DNA of 64,000 nucleotides from Flavobacteriales bacterium. GTDB taxonomy: Bacteria > Bacteroidota > Bacteroidia > Flavobacteriales_F > PHOS-HE28. Of the stretch, positions 44,061 to 54,236 are shown piece by piece. Numbering within the stretch: position 1 is the first letter of the stretch; each line of letters begins with the position of its first letter. The DNA is taken from positions 576,797 through 640,796 of the forward strand of contig JASGIM010000003.1 of NCBI GenBank assembly GCA_047601855.1, read 5' to 3'. Position numbers and translations under genes: made by a program. The notes beneath the pieces are model-generated. The model was given only the letters and a program-made list of their open reading frames with translations, searched no databases and was not told the origin of the DNA.

Positions 44061-44132
44061 GCCGAGAACGGATAACCGTTCGCCCGTTGTTCCCGTACAC
44101 AGGGCCACTTTCACGAACGCCAACTATCCGAT

Positions 44133-44540
44133 ATGGAAGGGAATATCGACCACATCATGATGGTGGACGACGAGGACGATTACCACCTGATCGTCCGGAT
44201 GATGCTGAAACGGGCCGGGTACGCCGGGCGCCTCACGGCGTTCCACAGTGCCGAGGACGCCATCGGGCACCTGGATGTGCGCACCGACATGCCCGACCTG
44301 CTGCTGGTGGACATCAACATGCCCGGCATGGACGGCTTCGAGTTCATCACCACCTGCGAAGAGCGCAGGCTCCTCCCCGCGCATGGCACCACGGTGATCA
44401 TGTGCTCCAGCAGCAACCGGCCCCTGGACATGGATGCGGCGAAGCGGTTCAACAGTGTGAACGGCTACGTGGAAAAGACCCTGACCGTGGAACGTTTCGA
44501 GCGCATCCGGCAGGAACATGCCGAACGCCTGCGTGCTTGA
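44133..44540 (+). CDS. Single-domain response regulator
   Basis: VDDE, DINMPGMDG, SSS, K; no output domain. Confidence 0.9.
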   Translation: MEGNIDHIMMVDDEDDYHLIVRMMLKRAGYAGRLTAFHSAEDAIGHLDVRTDMPDLLLVDINMPGMDGFEFITTCEERRLLPAHGTTVIMCSSSNRPLDMDAAKRFNSVNGYVEKTLTVERFERIRQEHAERLRA

Positions 44541-44561
44541 CCAAGTAAAGACCTCTCCAAC

Positions 44562-44933
44562 ATGAAGAAGATCCTGATCATCGAGGACGAAATGATCATC
44601 TCGTTCGGCTACCGGCTGCAACTGGAACAAATGGGGTTCGAGGTGATCGGCACGGCGCGCAGCACCGAAGAAGCCGAAGAGCTGCTGGCCCAGGGCCTGC
44701 CGGACGTGATCATCATGGACGTGTACCTGAGCGGGCAGAAGAACGGGCTGGAACTGGCCCGCGAGATCCATGCGAAGGACGCGGCGATCCCCATCGTGTT
44801 CCTCACCGCCAGCACCAAGCCCGACATCGTGGACGGCATCCACGCCCTGAAGGACTGCCATTACCTGCTGAAGCCCATCGACCCGGATGCGCTCACCCGC
44901 ATCCTGCACCGCATAGCCGTAAGCCATGCTTGA
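44562..44933 (+). CDS. Single-domain response regulator
   Basis: IEDE, IMDVYL, FLTA, KP; no output domain. Confidence 0.9.
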   Translation: MKKILIIEDEMIISFGYRLQLEQMGFEVIGTARSTEEAEELLAQGLPDVIIMDVYLSGQKNGLELAREIHAKDAAIPIVFLTASTKPDIVDGIHALKDCHYLLKPIDPDALTRILHRIAVSHA

Positions 44934-45621
44934 GCACGTCGCCAGCGGCCGCCACGAGCGGTTGCACGCCTTTTCGCACGACCTGAAGAACCGGCTCGGG
45001 GGCCTCTGGGAAGCTTTCCTGATGGCCCGCGACATGCCGCCCGGTCCCGAGCGCGATGAGGTGATGGGCATGGCCGAACGCAGCTTCTTCGGCGGCCTCC
45101 GCCAGGTCGAAGTGCTCATGGACGACATGGGGGTGCCGCGCACGCCCGCCCGGATCGAGCACAAGCCGCTCGACCTGTCCGCGCTGGTCCAGCGCTGCGC
45201 CACGCACATCGCCTTCCTGCTGGACAAGAAGCAGCAGCGCTTGGAATTGACCACCGCCGGTCCGCTCATGGTGTCCGGCGATGCCCACCTGTTGGAACAG
45301 CTGCTCGATGCCCTGCTGTCGAACGCCGTGAAGTTCTCACCACGCGGCTCCGTGCTGCGGGTGGACGTGGCGCAGGCCGACGGCCTGGCCGTGCTCCGCG
45401 TGAGCGATCCCGGCGCGGGCCTTTCCGCGCAGGACCTCGATCGCGTATTCGAGCGCTATCTCATCCTAGGCTCGCGCACCACCGACGGGGAACGCCAGGC
45501 GCGCGGAACGCTCGCCCGTGCCCGTGGATGGGCTGCCATGCATGGCGGCAGCCTGGAGGCCGCTAGCCCGGGCCCCGGCAAAGGCTGCACCTTCACCGTG
45601 CGCCTGCCGCTTTCCGCCTGA
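44926..45621 (+). CDS. Sensor-less histidine-kinase-like protein (HisKA plus degenerate HATPase_c)
   Basis: SHDLKN H-box, LLSNAVKFS, DPGAG, MHGG, GKGCTF; G2 box reads ARGTL rather than GxGLGL. Confidence 0.8.
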   Translation: MLEHVASGRHERLHAFSHDLKNRLGGLWEAFLMARDMPPGPERDEVMGMAERSFFGGLRQVEVLMDDMGVPRTPARIEHKPLDLSALVQRCATHIAFLLDKKQQRLELTTAGPLMVSGDAHLLEQLLDALLSNAVKFSPRGSVLRVDVAQADGLAVLRVSDPGAGLSAQDLDRVFERYLILGSRTTDGERQARGTLARARGWAAMHGGSLEAASPGPGKGCTFTVRLPLSA

Positions 45622-45797
45622 TATCCTTCTCCCAGTGGATTCGGCAAGTCACGGTCCGGCAGGCTCACCGTGACATGGTTTCGGTAAGCTTTCCGTGACA
45701 AAGGAGGGCGTCAAGGAGCGCATTAGCTGATCCGCTCATCATCTGATCTTCTGATCCCCAGGGTCCGCGTGGCGGCCACCGGTATGGAAAAGCGAAC

Positions 45798-45817
45798 GCC
45801 CGTCGGGTGACGGGCGC
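45798..45817 (-). terminator. Intrinsic terminator
   Basis: CGCCCGTC-GGGT-GACGGGCG followed by TTCGCTTTT on the minus strand, after the NYN gene. Confidence 0.6.
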
Positions 45818-45842
45818 TGCCTTGTTCCATATCCGATCGGTC

Positions 45843-46781
45843 CTAGTCGATCACGCGCTTGATCTGCTTCGCCACGCGCTGTCCGCGTGAGTTGACCGAT
45901 ATGTTGAACTCCAGTTTTTCTCCCACGGACAACGAGCTGAACTCGATGTCGATGAGGTCATCGTGCAGGAAGAACACGTTGTTATCCGGGAAGCGGATGA
46001 AACCGTAGCCGTTCATCAGGCTCATCACCTCGCCGGTGTACCGCTCCTCGCTACTGTAGTCCGAGATGCTCACCAGTGGCCGATCGCCGTCCGGCGGATA
46101 ACTATCGCGCGGGGTGGATTCCTTCACCACGAACATGTCGCGCACCACCTCATCGTTCTCGCGCAGGCCCTCTTCCACGAGGTCGGCCATTTCCAGGGGG
46201 TAGGTCACGATGTTCCAGAGGTCCGTGCTGGTCTTGGTGGTCTGCACCTCGCCGCTGGCCTCATCGGTGTACTCGAAATCCCAGCCGAGCAGCATCGTCT
46301 TGCAGCCCAGCGCGTGGATCTTGCGCGCCAGCGGCACATGGTCGCCGTCGCTGGCGATCAGCGCCACCACGTCGTAGCGGCGCATCAGGCAGAGCTCGTA
46401 GGTCTCCAGCGCCATCAGCACGTCGATGCCCTTCTCCCGCTTGCGGCCCATCAGGTCCTTCACGGGCAGGTAGTGCGTTTGCACGCCGTTGTACATCAGC
46501 ACGTCGTCGAACACGCGGTCATAGTAGAGCTGGTTCGTCTTCTCGTTGGCCTCCTTCGCGCTGAAACGGCCGCGGAAGAAGTGCGCGTCGATGATGTGGC
46601 ACCGGTTCGGGGTCGTGCCTTCTTGTTCGGCGACGTGGTGTTTGATGAAATCGTGCAATCCCCCGATGTGCAGCCTCCGGCGATGCGGATGCACATAGTT
46701 GTAGTAGTTGCTGACGTGCGTGAAATAGCTTCCGTCATAGAACACCCCCACTTTCAATGCGGGGTTCGTTTGTTGGCCCAT
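45843..46781 (-). CDS. NYN (LabA/DUF88, PIN-like) domain protein with C-terminal cold-shock domain
   Basis: VFYDGSY, EKGIDV, ASDGDHVPL; C-terminal GYGFI...NNVFF RNP motifs; TACATTTG promoter at 46819-46812. Confidence 0.88.
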   Translation of the reverse strand: MGQQTNPALKVGVFYDGSYFTHVSNYYNYVHPHRRRLHIGGLHDFIKHHVAEQEGTTPNRCHIIDAHFFRGRFSAKEANEKTNQLYYDRVFDDVLMYNGVQTHYLPVKDLMGRKREKGIDVLMALETYELCLMRRYDVVALIASDGDHVPLARKIHALGCKTMLLGWDFEYTDEASGEVQTTKTSTDLWNIVTYPLEMADLVEEGLRENDEVVRDMFVVKESTPRDSYPPDGDRPLVSISDYSSEERYTGEVMSLMNGYGFIRFPDNNVFFLHDDLIDIEFSSLSVGEKLEFNISVNSRGQRVAKQIKRVID

Positions 46782-46897
46782 AGTGCTTGTGTAGGTTGAA
46801 GTGACAGGGCGCAAATGTACCCGGCGTCCAGGGGGGCATCCTCCCCGCATTCACGATCTTTAGCAAGCCTGCCCGGCACCGCCTATATTTCCGCATC

Positions 46898-47449
46898 ATG
46901 CGTCTCGTCCTGAGCCTCCTGCTGGCCTCCGTCGTGGCCGTGGCCTGCGCGCAGGACGAAGCGCCCACCGGCACGCTCTCGTTCAGCAGTGTGATCGGGC
47001 TCGACCTGTCGCGTGCGCAGATCTTCGATGCCGCCCTGGACGCCTGGACCTACACCTTCGGCCAGGAGCCGGGCGCCCGCCTGGACCATCAGGACCGGGC
47101 CACCGGCGTGGCCGAGGGACAGGCCCGCATCAACTTTCGCAGCAAGCAGCTCACCGCCCGCGAGGAGAGCATGGGCCCCATCTCCTACCAGGTGGTCATC
47201 CATGCGGATAACGGCCGTTGCAGTCTGCTGGTGCTGCGCCTCGTGCATACTGGCGATCACAACGCCTTACATGGCGGGCTGGACATCGGTCCCATCCGCA
47301 CGGGCGACGTGTCCGACCTGTGGGTACCGGGCTACAGCCGCAAGCTAGTGCAGGGCCTGCACACGGAGATCCGCGGGCTGGCCTCCGAACGGATCGAAAA
47401 GCTCATGCGCGCGTTCGAAGCGCGGATGCGCAAGGCAGGCACGCCCTGA
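46898..47449 (+). CDS. Secreted DUF4468-like (TBP-like fold) protein
   Basis: Signal peptide; FSSVI...SRAQIF...W and GPISYQVVI...GR pattern. Confidence 0.55.
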   Translation: MRLVLSLLLASVVAVACAQDEAPTGTLSFSSVIGLDLSRAQIFDAALDAWTYTFGQEPGARLDHQDRATGVAEGQARINFRSKQLTAREESMGPISYQVVIHADNGRCSLLVLRLVHTGDHNALHGGLDIGPIRTGDVSDLWVPGYSRKLVQGLHTEIRGLASERIEKLMRAFEARMRKAGTP

Positions 47450-47499
47450 CCATCGTGTAACCCTCCCCCTCCCCGCTGCGTTCAAGCCGGGCAATACCC

Positions 47500-48816
47500 A
47501 TGCCCGTGAACGCTTCCAGTTGGCGCATCTGGCCGATCATCGCCGCCCTGTTGGCCCTGCTTTTCATCGCTTGGGACATCACCTTGATGTCCAACGCCCG
47601 CGCGGTGCAAGGCCGCATCGGTGAGCAGGTGGACCTGCTGGACGGACTGAGCCAGTTGAACGGCTCACTGGACCAGCTCGGGCTGGTGCACCGGGTGGAC
47701 GTGAACGCCCATCAGCACGGCTGGGCCGGCGAGCTGGAGCAAGTGGACCAGCGCATCACCAAGCTGGCCGCCCGCCACGGCCAGGAACCCGGCATGGCCG
47801 AACTGCCCGCCACGCTGCGCACCCTGCTGCATGCCTGCGATTCATTGCACCACGAGGCGATGGTGGCGCAACCGACCGTGGCCCAGTCCCGCATGCACGA
47901 GGCCGTCTTCCACCTGATGCTGGAGCGCACCAAGGACCGCGTGGAGCGCACCGTGCGCGGCCTGCATGAACAGGGCCTCGGCGCGCAGACCGCCCGCTTG
48001 AGCAAGCGGTGGGACGAAGCCCAGGCGCTGCTCTTCCTCGCCTGCATGTTCGCCGTGGTGCTGGCCCTGCTGGTGGGCATGACGCGCCGCCTGCTCGTAT
48101 ACAGCCGCCAGCGCGGCGCCGAGCTGAGCGTGACCTCGCAGCGCCTCGAAGCCTCTAACCGGGAGCTGCGCGAGACCATGCTGAGCAAGGAGGAAAAGGA
48201 GGTCATGATCAAGGAGATCCACCACCGCGTGAAGAACAACCTGCAGATCGTGCGCAGCCTGATCCGCTTCCAGGTGGACCAGGTGGATGACGCCCGCACA
48301 AAGGAGCTCTTCAACGAATGCATCAACCGTGTGGGGGCCATGGCGCTGGTGCATGAGCAGACCTATCTGAGCAAGGACCTGGCGAACATCGACGTGAGCA
48401 CCTACATGGACCGCCTGGTGCGCGACCTGATCATGGCGTACAACATCCGGCTGGAGCTGGACATGGACGTGGATATCCAGGTGCGCACGCTCGGCGTGGA
48501 TACGCTGGTGCCGCTGGGCCTGTTGATCAATGAGGTGGTGAGCAACAGCTTCAAGCACGCCTTCAAGGGGCGTGACAAGGGTCGGATCACCGTACACCTG
48601 AGCGGCACGGAAGAAGGCGGCCTGCACCTGCGCGTGGGCGATGACGGCGTGGGCCTGCCCAACAGCGCCAATGGCTGGAGGAAACCGAACAGCCTGGGCA
48701 TGGAGCTCATCCACACCCTAGCCGACCAACTGAACGCCTCCGTCGAGCTGCTGCCGCTGCCCGGCACGCAGTATGAGCTGCGTTCGATCCCCATGCAGGT
48801 CCGCCGCCGCGCCTGA
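47500..48816 (+). CDS. Membrane sensor histidine kinase (HisKA_2 type)
   Basis: Two TM helices; EIHHRVKNNLQ, NEVVSNSFKHAF, DDGVG, SLGMEL. Confidence 0.9.
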   Translation: MPVNASSWRIWPIIAALLALLFIAWDITLMSNARAVQGRIGEQVDLLDGLSQLNGSLDQLGLVHRVDVNAHQHGWAGELEQVDQRITKLAARHGQEPGMAELPATLRTLLHACDSLHHEAMVAQPTVAQSRMHEAVFHLMLERTKDRVERTVRGLHEQGLGAQTARLSKRWDEAQALLFLACMFAVVLALLVGMTRRLLVYSRQRGAELSVTSQRLEASNRELRETMLSKEEKEVMIKEIHHRVKNNLQIVRSLIRFQVDQVDDARTKELFNECINRVGAMALVHEQTYLSKDLANIDVSTYMDRLVRDLIMAYNIRLELDMDVDIQVRTLGVDTLVPLGLLINEVVSNSFKHAFKGRDKGRITVHLSGTEEGGLHLRVGDDGVGLPNSANGWRKPNSLGMELIHTLADQLNASVELLPLPGTQYELRSIPMQVRRRA

Positions 48817-48911
48817 GCGCACTGTTCATCCCGGCGTTCCCTTTCCGTTGTCGCCGCTCGCCGTCGGCGCCGTGCGACGAGGTAAGTTCGTACCCTCAGC
48901 TTGAGCCATCC

Positions 48912-51090
48912 ATGAGAACGCGATACCTGATCGCCTGCACCGTGCTTGCCGCCTGTGGCGCGCCGGACACCACCGAGAAAAAGACCGTGGAGAAGATCGA
49001 CCTACCCCGAGACCCGCAAGGACAGCACCGTGGCCGATGACCACTTCGGCACCAGGATCGCCGATCCCTACCGCTGGCTGGAGAACGACACCAGCGCAGA
49101 GACCGCCGACTGGGTGAAGCGCCAGAACGCCGTGACCACGGCCTACCTGGAGAAGATCCCCTTCCGCAAGGACATCGCCAGGCGTTACGAGGAACTGTTC
49201 AACTTCCCGAAGGAGAGCGCGCCGATCAAGGTGAGCGACCTCTTCTTCAGCTACAAGAACAGCGGCCTGCAGAACCAGAGCGTGATCTATGTGCGCCAAG
49301 GTCTGAACGGCAAGGATAAGCTCTTCATCGACCCCAACGCGGTGGACCCCGCGGGCACCACGGACATCGGCCTGATGGGCGCCAGCAACGACGACCGCTA
49401 CATGGCCGTGAGCACGCAGAAGGCCGGCAGCGATTGGCAGGACATCACCGTGTGGGACCTGAAAGCGATGAAGCCCCTGCCCGATCTGCTGAACTGGGCC
49501 AAGTTCAGCGGCGTGGCGTGGTACAAGGACGGCTTCTTCTACAGCCGCTACCCCACCCCGGCCAAGGGCACCGAACTGAGCGCCGCCAGCGAATGGCAGA
49601 AGGTCTACTACCACAAGGTGGGCGATCCGCAGGAGAAGGACGTGCTGGTGTATGAGAACAAGACCAATCCGAGGCTGTACATCAGCGTGGGCGTCACCGA
49701 AGGCGAAGAGTTCGCCACGCTCTACGTGAGCACAGGCACGGACGGCTTCGAGATGTACTACCACGACCTGCGCAAGGGCGGCATCCCGGCACCGGCCACG
49801 AAATGGGTGGCGTTGCAGCAAGGGTTCGACCACAAGACGAGCGTGCTGGACTATGACCCGGCCACGGACCGCCTGCTGGTGATGACCGAAGTGGACGCGC
49901 CGAACTATCGCCTGGTGGCGGTGGACCCCGACCACCCCGAGGCCAGCGCCTGGAAGGACATCATCCCCACCAAGAAGGAACTGCTGCAAAACGTGAACAC
50001 GGGTGGCGGCAACCTCTTCGCCACCTACCTGAAGGACGCCACCAGCCGCATCTACCGCTACAAGAGCGATGGTTCCGGCGAACAGGAGATCGCCCTGCCG
50101 GACATCGGCACCGCCGGTGGTTTCGGAAGCAAACGCAAGGACACCTACTCCTTCTATTCGTTCACCTCGTTCACCGATCCGGGCAGCACGTACAAGTACG
50201 ACTATGCCACCGGCAAGAGCGAGCTCTACCACCGCCCCGAGCTGAAGTTCGATCCGTCACAGTACGTCACCGAACAGGTGTTCTACCCCAGCAAGGACGA
50301 CACCCAGGTGCCCCTGTTCATCGTACACCGGAAGGGGCTGGAGAAGAACGGGAAGAACCCCACGATGCTCTATGCCTACGGTGGGTTCAACGTCAGCCTC
50401 ACGCCCAGCTTCGGTACCAGCCGCATCATCCTGCTGGAGCAAGGCGGGGTGTTCGCGCTGGCCAACCTCCGCGGTGGCGGCGAATACGGGGAGGATTGGC
50501 ACAAGGCCGGCATGAAGGAGAAGAAGCAGAACGTGTTCGATGACTTCATCGCCGCGGCCGAATACCTCAAGCGCGAAAAGTGGACCGACACCGGCCACCT
50601 CGCCATCAACGGCGGCAGCAATGGCGGCCTGTTGATCGGTGCGGTGGAAACGCAACGTCCGGACCTCTGCGCCGTGGCCTTCCCCGAAGTGGGCGTGCTG
50701 GACATGCTGCGCTTCCAGAAGTTCACTGCGGGTTTCGGCTGGGTGCCCGAATACGGAAGCGCGGACAATAGCAAGGAGGAGTTCGAATACCTGCGGAAAT
50801 ACTCGCCGCTGCACAACATCAAACCGGCCAGCTACCCGGCCACCCTGGTGATGACCGCCGACCACGACGACCGCGTAGTGCCCGCGCACAGCTTCAAGTT
50901 CATCAGCACGCTGCAACCCGCCCAGCAAGGCGACGCTCCCGTATTGATCCGCGTGGAAACGAACGCCGGGCACGGTGCGGGCAAGCCCACCAGCAAGATC
51001 ATCGAGGAGCAGGCCGACAAGTGGGCCTTCTTCTTCGCCAACGTGGGCGTGACGCCGAAGTATGGCGCGCCGGAGCCCGCGAAGAAGTAA
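48912..51090 (+). CDS. Prolyl oligopeptidase (S9A) lipoprotein; frameshift near 48997 separates the signal peptide
   Basis: DPYRWLE, YGGFN, GGSNGG, DDRV, AGHG; upstream ATG 48912 gives MRTRYLIACTVLAAC lipobox in another frame. Confidence 0.92.
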
Positions 51091-51111
51091 TTATCGGCAA
51101 CATACCATGCG

Positions 51112-51160
51112 AAGCCCCGGCCTCCCTGAGCATGTCGAAGGGAGGCGGGACTTTTGCTTT
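51112..51160 (+). terminator. Terminator-like hairpin containing a REP-like core
   Basis: GCCTCCC-TGAGCATGTCGAA-GGGAGGC followed by CTTTTGCTTT. Confidence 0.55.
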
Positions 51161-51235
51161 GGATCGGACTTCAGGGCAGAGGCTCTTATTCGCTTGTACT
51201 CAAGGTGAAGTGCTACCATACGGGTCACTTCGACG

Positions 51236-51281
51236 GGTGGACACGGCGGACAGGGAACGCGCTCTGTCCGCCGTGTCCACC
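51236..51281. repeat. Perfect 18-bp inverted repeat
   Basis: GGTGGACACGGCGGACAG-N10-CTGTCCGCCGTGTCCACC. Confidence 0.8.
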
Positions 51282-51376
51282 TGGGCCGAATGCCACCGTT
51301 CACTTCGCCACTCCTGAAGAACAACACTGTCGGCCAATGGGGTTCGTGAAACTGGCGGCCATGTACATTTATGATC

Positions 51377-51985
51377 ATGAAATGCGCTCACCAACTTTGT
51401 GTGGGGGCTCTCTCGCTCCTCTTCGTTCCCATACTGCTCATCTCTTGCCATAAAGGGTTGTCGTCACCTTCAACCTGCAATGATCTTACGGTCCAGCAGT
51501 TCGATCCCGTACGGATCCTCTTTGTGCCCTGCAACAACATGAATGCACCTGTGACCGTAGCGGTTGATTCCATCGACGTGAATGCGGATGGGGTTGCCGA
51601 CCTGAAGGTGAACTATTCATCGAACGTGGAATTCCCAGGTGGTGGTGGGGCCTATTGGACCTGCTACACAACAGGCTCGGTGTTTGGTCTTGATTCCACG
51701 GAGATCGTCTATCGTCGACCCTGTCACGTGCTCTGCCAAAGTCCATTGAACCCGACCGATACGGTCAAGCCAGACGCCCATACGACCTCGTCAGCCTATC
51801 TGCACATGGTCTTCCAATATCTATGCAATTGCTATGCTTCCCCCGGAAGCATCGGCTTCATCAAACATATTGACGGCCATGCCTATTGCGGATACCTGGT
51901 CGTCACCGACACGTGGGATAAGATCCAGGTGATGCGATCAGTGATCAGCAATTGTCCAGATCAACCGGTCGCCATCTCTGAATAG
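51377..51985 (+). CDS. Cys-rich hypothetical lipoprotein (lower GC)
   Basis: Lipobox LISC; DVNADGVADL Dx[DN]xDG-like motif; many cysteines. Confidence 0.65.
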   Translation: MKCAHQLCVGALSLLFVPILLISCHKGLSSPSTCNDLTVQQFDPVRILFVPCNNMNAPVTVAVDSIDVNADGVADLKVNYSSNVEFPGGGGAYWTCYTTGSVFGLDSTEIVYRRPCHVLCQSPLNPTDTVKPDAHTTSSAYLHMVFQYLCNCYASPGSIGFIKHIDGHAYCGYLVVTDTWDKIQVMRSVISNCPDQPVAISE

Positions 51986-52150
51986 CCTGATATTGCATCC
52001 AGGCGGTCCTTTTGGCGTAATCGAACTGCACGCAGGGTCGGAAACCCTTCATTGGCGGCAATCGATCGTATCCCATCGCAGTCACCCTATGCATGCAGCG
52101 GCGCCATCGGCGACCTCTGTGGACAGACCCGTAGTACCGAACTTCGCCGC

Positions 52151-54196
52151 ATGCAACTGAAGAACTACATCGCCGGCCAATGGGTGGCCGGTTCCGGCAA
52201 GCAGGCCGAACTCGTTGACGCCAGCACGGGTGACTTGGTAGCAACCACATCAAGTGGCGGCCTGGACTTCGGCCGGATGCTTTCTTATGCGAGAGAAGTC
52301 GGCGGGCCGCCCCTGCGCAAGATGACCTTCCCCGAGCGCGGCCGCATGCTCAAAGCCCTTGCCCTGCACCTCATGGAGCGCAAGGACAAGTACTACGCCA
52401 TCAGCTACAAGACCGGCGCCACCAAGGCCGACAGCTGGGTGGACATCGAGGGCGGCATCGGCAACCTCTTCGCCAACGCCAGCCTGCGCCGCACGCTCGG
52501 CAACATGCCCTTCTACGTGGACGGCGACGCCATCAAGACCAGCAAGGAGGGCACCTTCATCGGCCACCACATCATGGTGCCCAAGGAAGGCGTGGCCGTG
52601 CATATCAACGCCTTCAACTTCCCCATCTGGGGCATGCTGGAGAAGGTGGCCGTCAACTGGATGGCCGGGGTGCCCGCCGTGGTCAAGCCCGCCACCGTTA
52701 CCAGCTACCTCACCGCCGCCATGGTGGAGGACATCATCGCCAGCGGCATCCTCCCCGAAGGCGCCCTGCAACTCATCTGCGGCGGCGCGGGCGATCTGCT
52801 GGACCACGTCACGCATCAGGACGTGGTCACCTTCACCGGCAGCGCCAGCACGGGCCGCATGCTCAAGCGCCACCACCGCATCATCGACGAAAGCGTGCCC
52901 TTCAACATGGAGGCCGACAGCCTCAACGCCATCGTCCTCGGCCCCGATGCCGTGCCCGGCACGCCCGAATTCGACCTCTTCATCAAGGAAGTGGGCCGCG
53001 AAATGACGCTCAAGGCCGGGCAGCGCTGCACCGGCGCGCGGCGGATCCTCGTGCCGCAGAACGTGATCGAGGACGTGCGGATCGCCCTCGGCAAACGCCT
53101 CGGCGGCACCGTAATCGGCGATCCCCGCGCGGAAGGCGTGCGGATGGGCGCGCTCGCGGGCCAAGCCCAACGCGATGAAGTGAAACGCGCGCTGGACGAA
53201 CTCCTCACCGGCAGCGAGATCGTCTACGGCAGCCGCGACAGCGTGGACGTGACCGGCGCCGATGCCGCCAAGGGCGCCTTCATGGGCCCCATCCTGCTGC
53301 TCAATCCCGATCCGTGGAAACAGCAGGTAAGCCACAACGTGGAAGCCTTCGGTCCGGTAAGCACGCTGATGCCGTACCGCGACCTCGACGATGCCGTGGC
53401 CCTCACCAAGTTGGGCAAGGGCTCGCTGGTGGCCACCATCGCCACGTACAACAAGGCCGCCGCGCAGCAGTTCGTGTGGGGGGCAGCCAGCCACCACGGC
53501 CGCATGCTCGTGCTGGACCGCGACATGGCCAAGGAGAACACCGGCCATGGCAGTCCGCTCGCAACGCTGGTGCATGGCGGCCCCGGCCGCGCGGGCGGCG
53601 GCGAGGAAATGGGCGGCAAGCGCGGCGTGCTGCACTACCTGCAACGCACCGCCATCCAAGGCCACCCCAGCGCCATCACCGCCATCACCCAGCAGTACCA
53701 GCAGGGCGCGGCCTTCCGCGAGACCGAGCGGCACCCCTTCCGCATGCACTTCGAGGAACTGCACGTGGGCGACACCGTCATCACCGCCAAGCACACCGTC
53801 ACCGAGGCCGACATCCACAACTTCGCCAACGTCAGCGGCGACAACTTCTACGCCCACATGGACGCCACCAGCCTCGAAGGCACCATCTTCACCGGGCGCG
53901 TGGCCCACGGCTACTTCGTGCTCAGCAAGGCCGCCGGGCTGTTCGTGGACCCCAAGAAAGGCCCCGTGCTGCTCAACTACGGGCTGGACGAGGCCCGCTT
54001 CGTAAAGCCCGTGTACCCCGGCATGACCATCGGCGTCAAGTTCACCGTGAAGGAGAAGGTGAATCAGGAGAAACGCAGCCCCGAGGATGTCGCCAAGGGC
54101 ATCGTCAAGTTCTTGGTCGATGTATACGACGAGACCGGGGAAACGGTGGCGATCGCGACGATATTGACGATGGTGAAGAAGTTGGATCAAGCATGA
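52151..54196 (+). CDS. paaZ: Bifunctional phenylacetate degradation protein PaaZ (ALDH + MaoC)
   Basis: HINAFNFP, FTGSASTG, EADSLN, KAGQRCT, EAFGPV, HGGPGRAGGGEE; MaoC SGDNFYAHMD, AHGYF. Confidence 0.95.
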   Translation: MQLKNYIAGQWVAGSGKQAELVDASTGDLVATTSSGGLDFGRMLSYAREVGGPPLRKMTFPERGRMLKALALHLMERKDKYYAISYKTGATKADSWVDIEGGIGNLFANASLRRTLGNMPFYVDGDAIKTSKEGTFIGHHIMVPKEGVAVHINAFNFPIWGMLEKVAVNWMAGVPAVVKPATVTSYLTAAMVEDIIASGILPEGALQLICGGAGDLLDHVTHQDVVTFTGSASTGRMLKRHHRIIDESVPFNMEADSLNAIVLGPDAVPGTPEFDLFIKEVGREMTLKAGQRCTGARRILVPQNVIEDVRIALGKRLGGTVIGDPRAEGVRMGALAGQAQRDEVKRALDELLTGSEIVYGSRDSVDVTGADAAKGAFMGPILLLNPDPWKQQVSHNVEAFGPVSTLMPYRDLDDAVALTKLGKGSLVATIATYNKAAAQQFVWGAASHHGRMLVLDRDMAKENTGHGSPLATLVHGGPGRAGGGEEMGGKRGVLHYLQRTAIQGHPSAITAITQQYQQGAAFRETERHPFRMHFEELHVGDTVITAKHTVTEADIHNFANVSGDNFYAHMDATSLEGTIFTGRVAHGYFVLSKAAGLFVDPKKGPVLLNYGLDEARFVKPVYPGMTIGVKFTVKEKVNQEKRSPEDVAKGIVKFLVDVYDETGETVAIATILTMVKKLDQA

Positions 54197-54204
54197 AGCA
54201 CGCT

Positions 54205-54230
54205 TGTCACATCGAGCGTAGTCGAGATGT
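54205..54230. repeat. REP-like palindrome
   Basis: TGTCACATCGAGCGTAGTCGAGATGT, same family as 20023-20077. Confidence 0.65.
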
Positions 54231-54236
54231 GGGCGT

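Noticed and set aside
42054-44123. 689-aa minus-strand ORF
   Set aside because: Antisense to the CPA2 antiporter
51091-51370. Possible CRISPR repeat, integron attC or tRNA
   Set aside because: Only isolated hairpins; no repeat-spacer periodicity, no RYYYAAC/GTTRRRY ends, no cloverleaf, no cas or integrase gene
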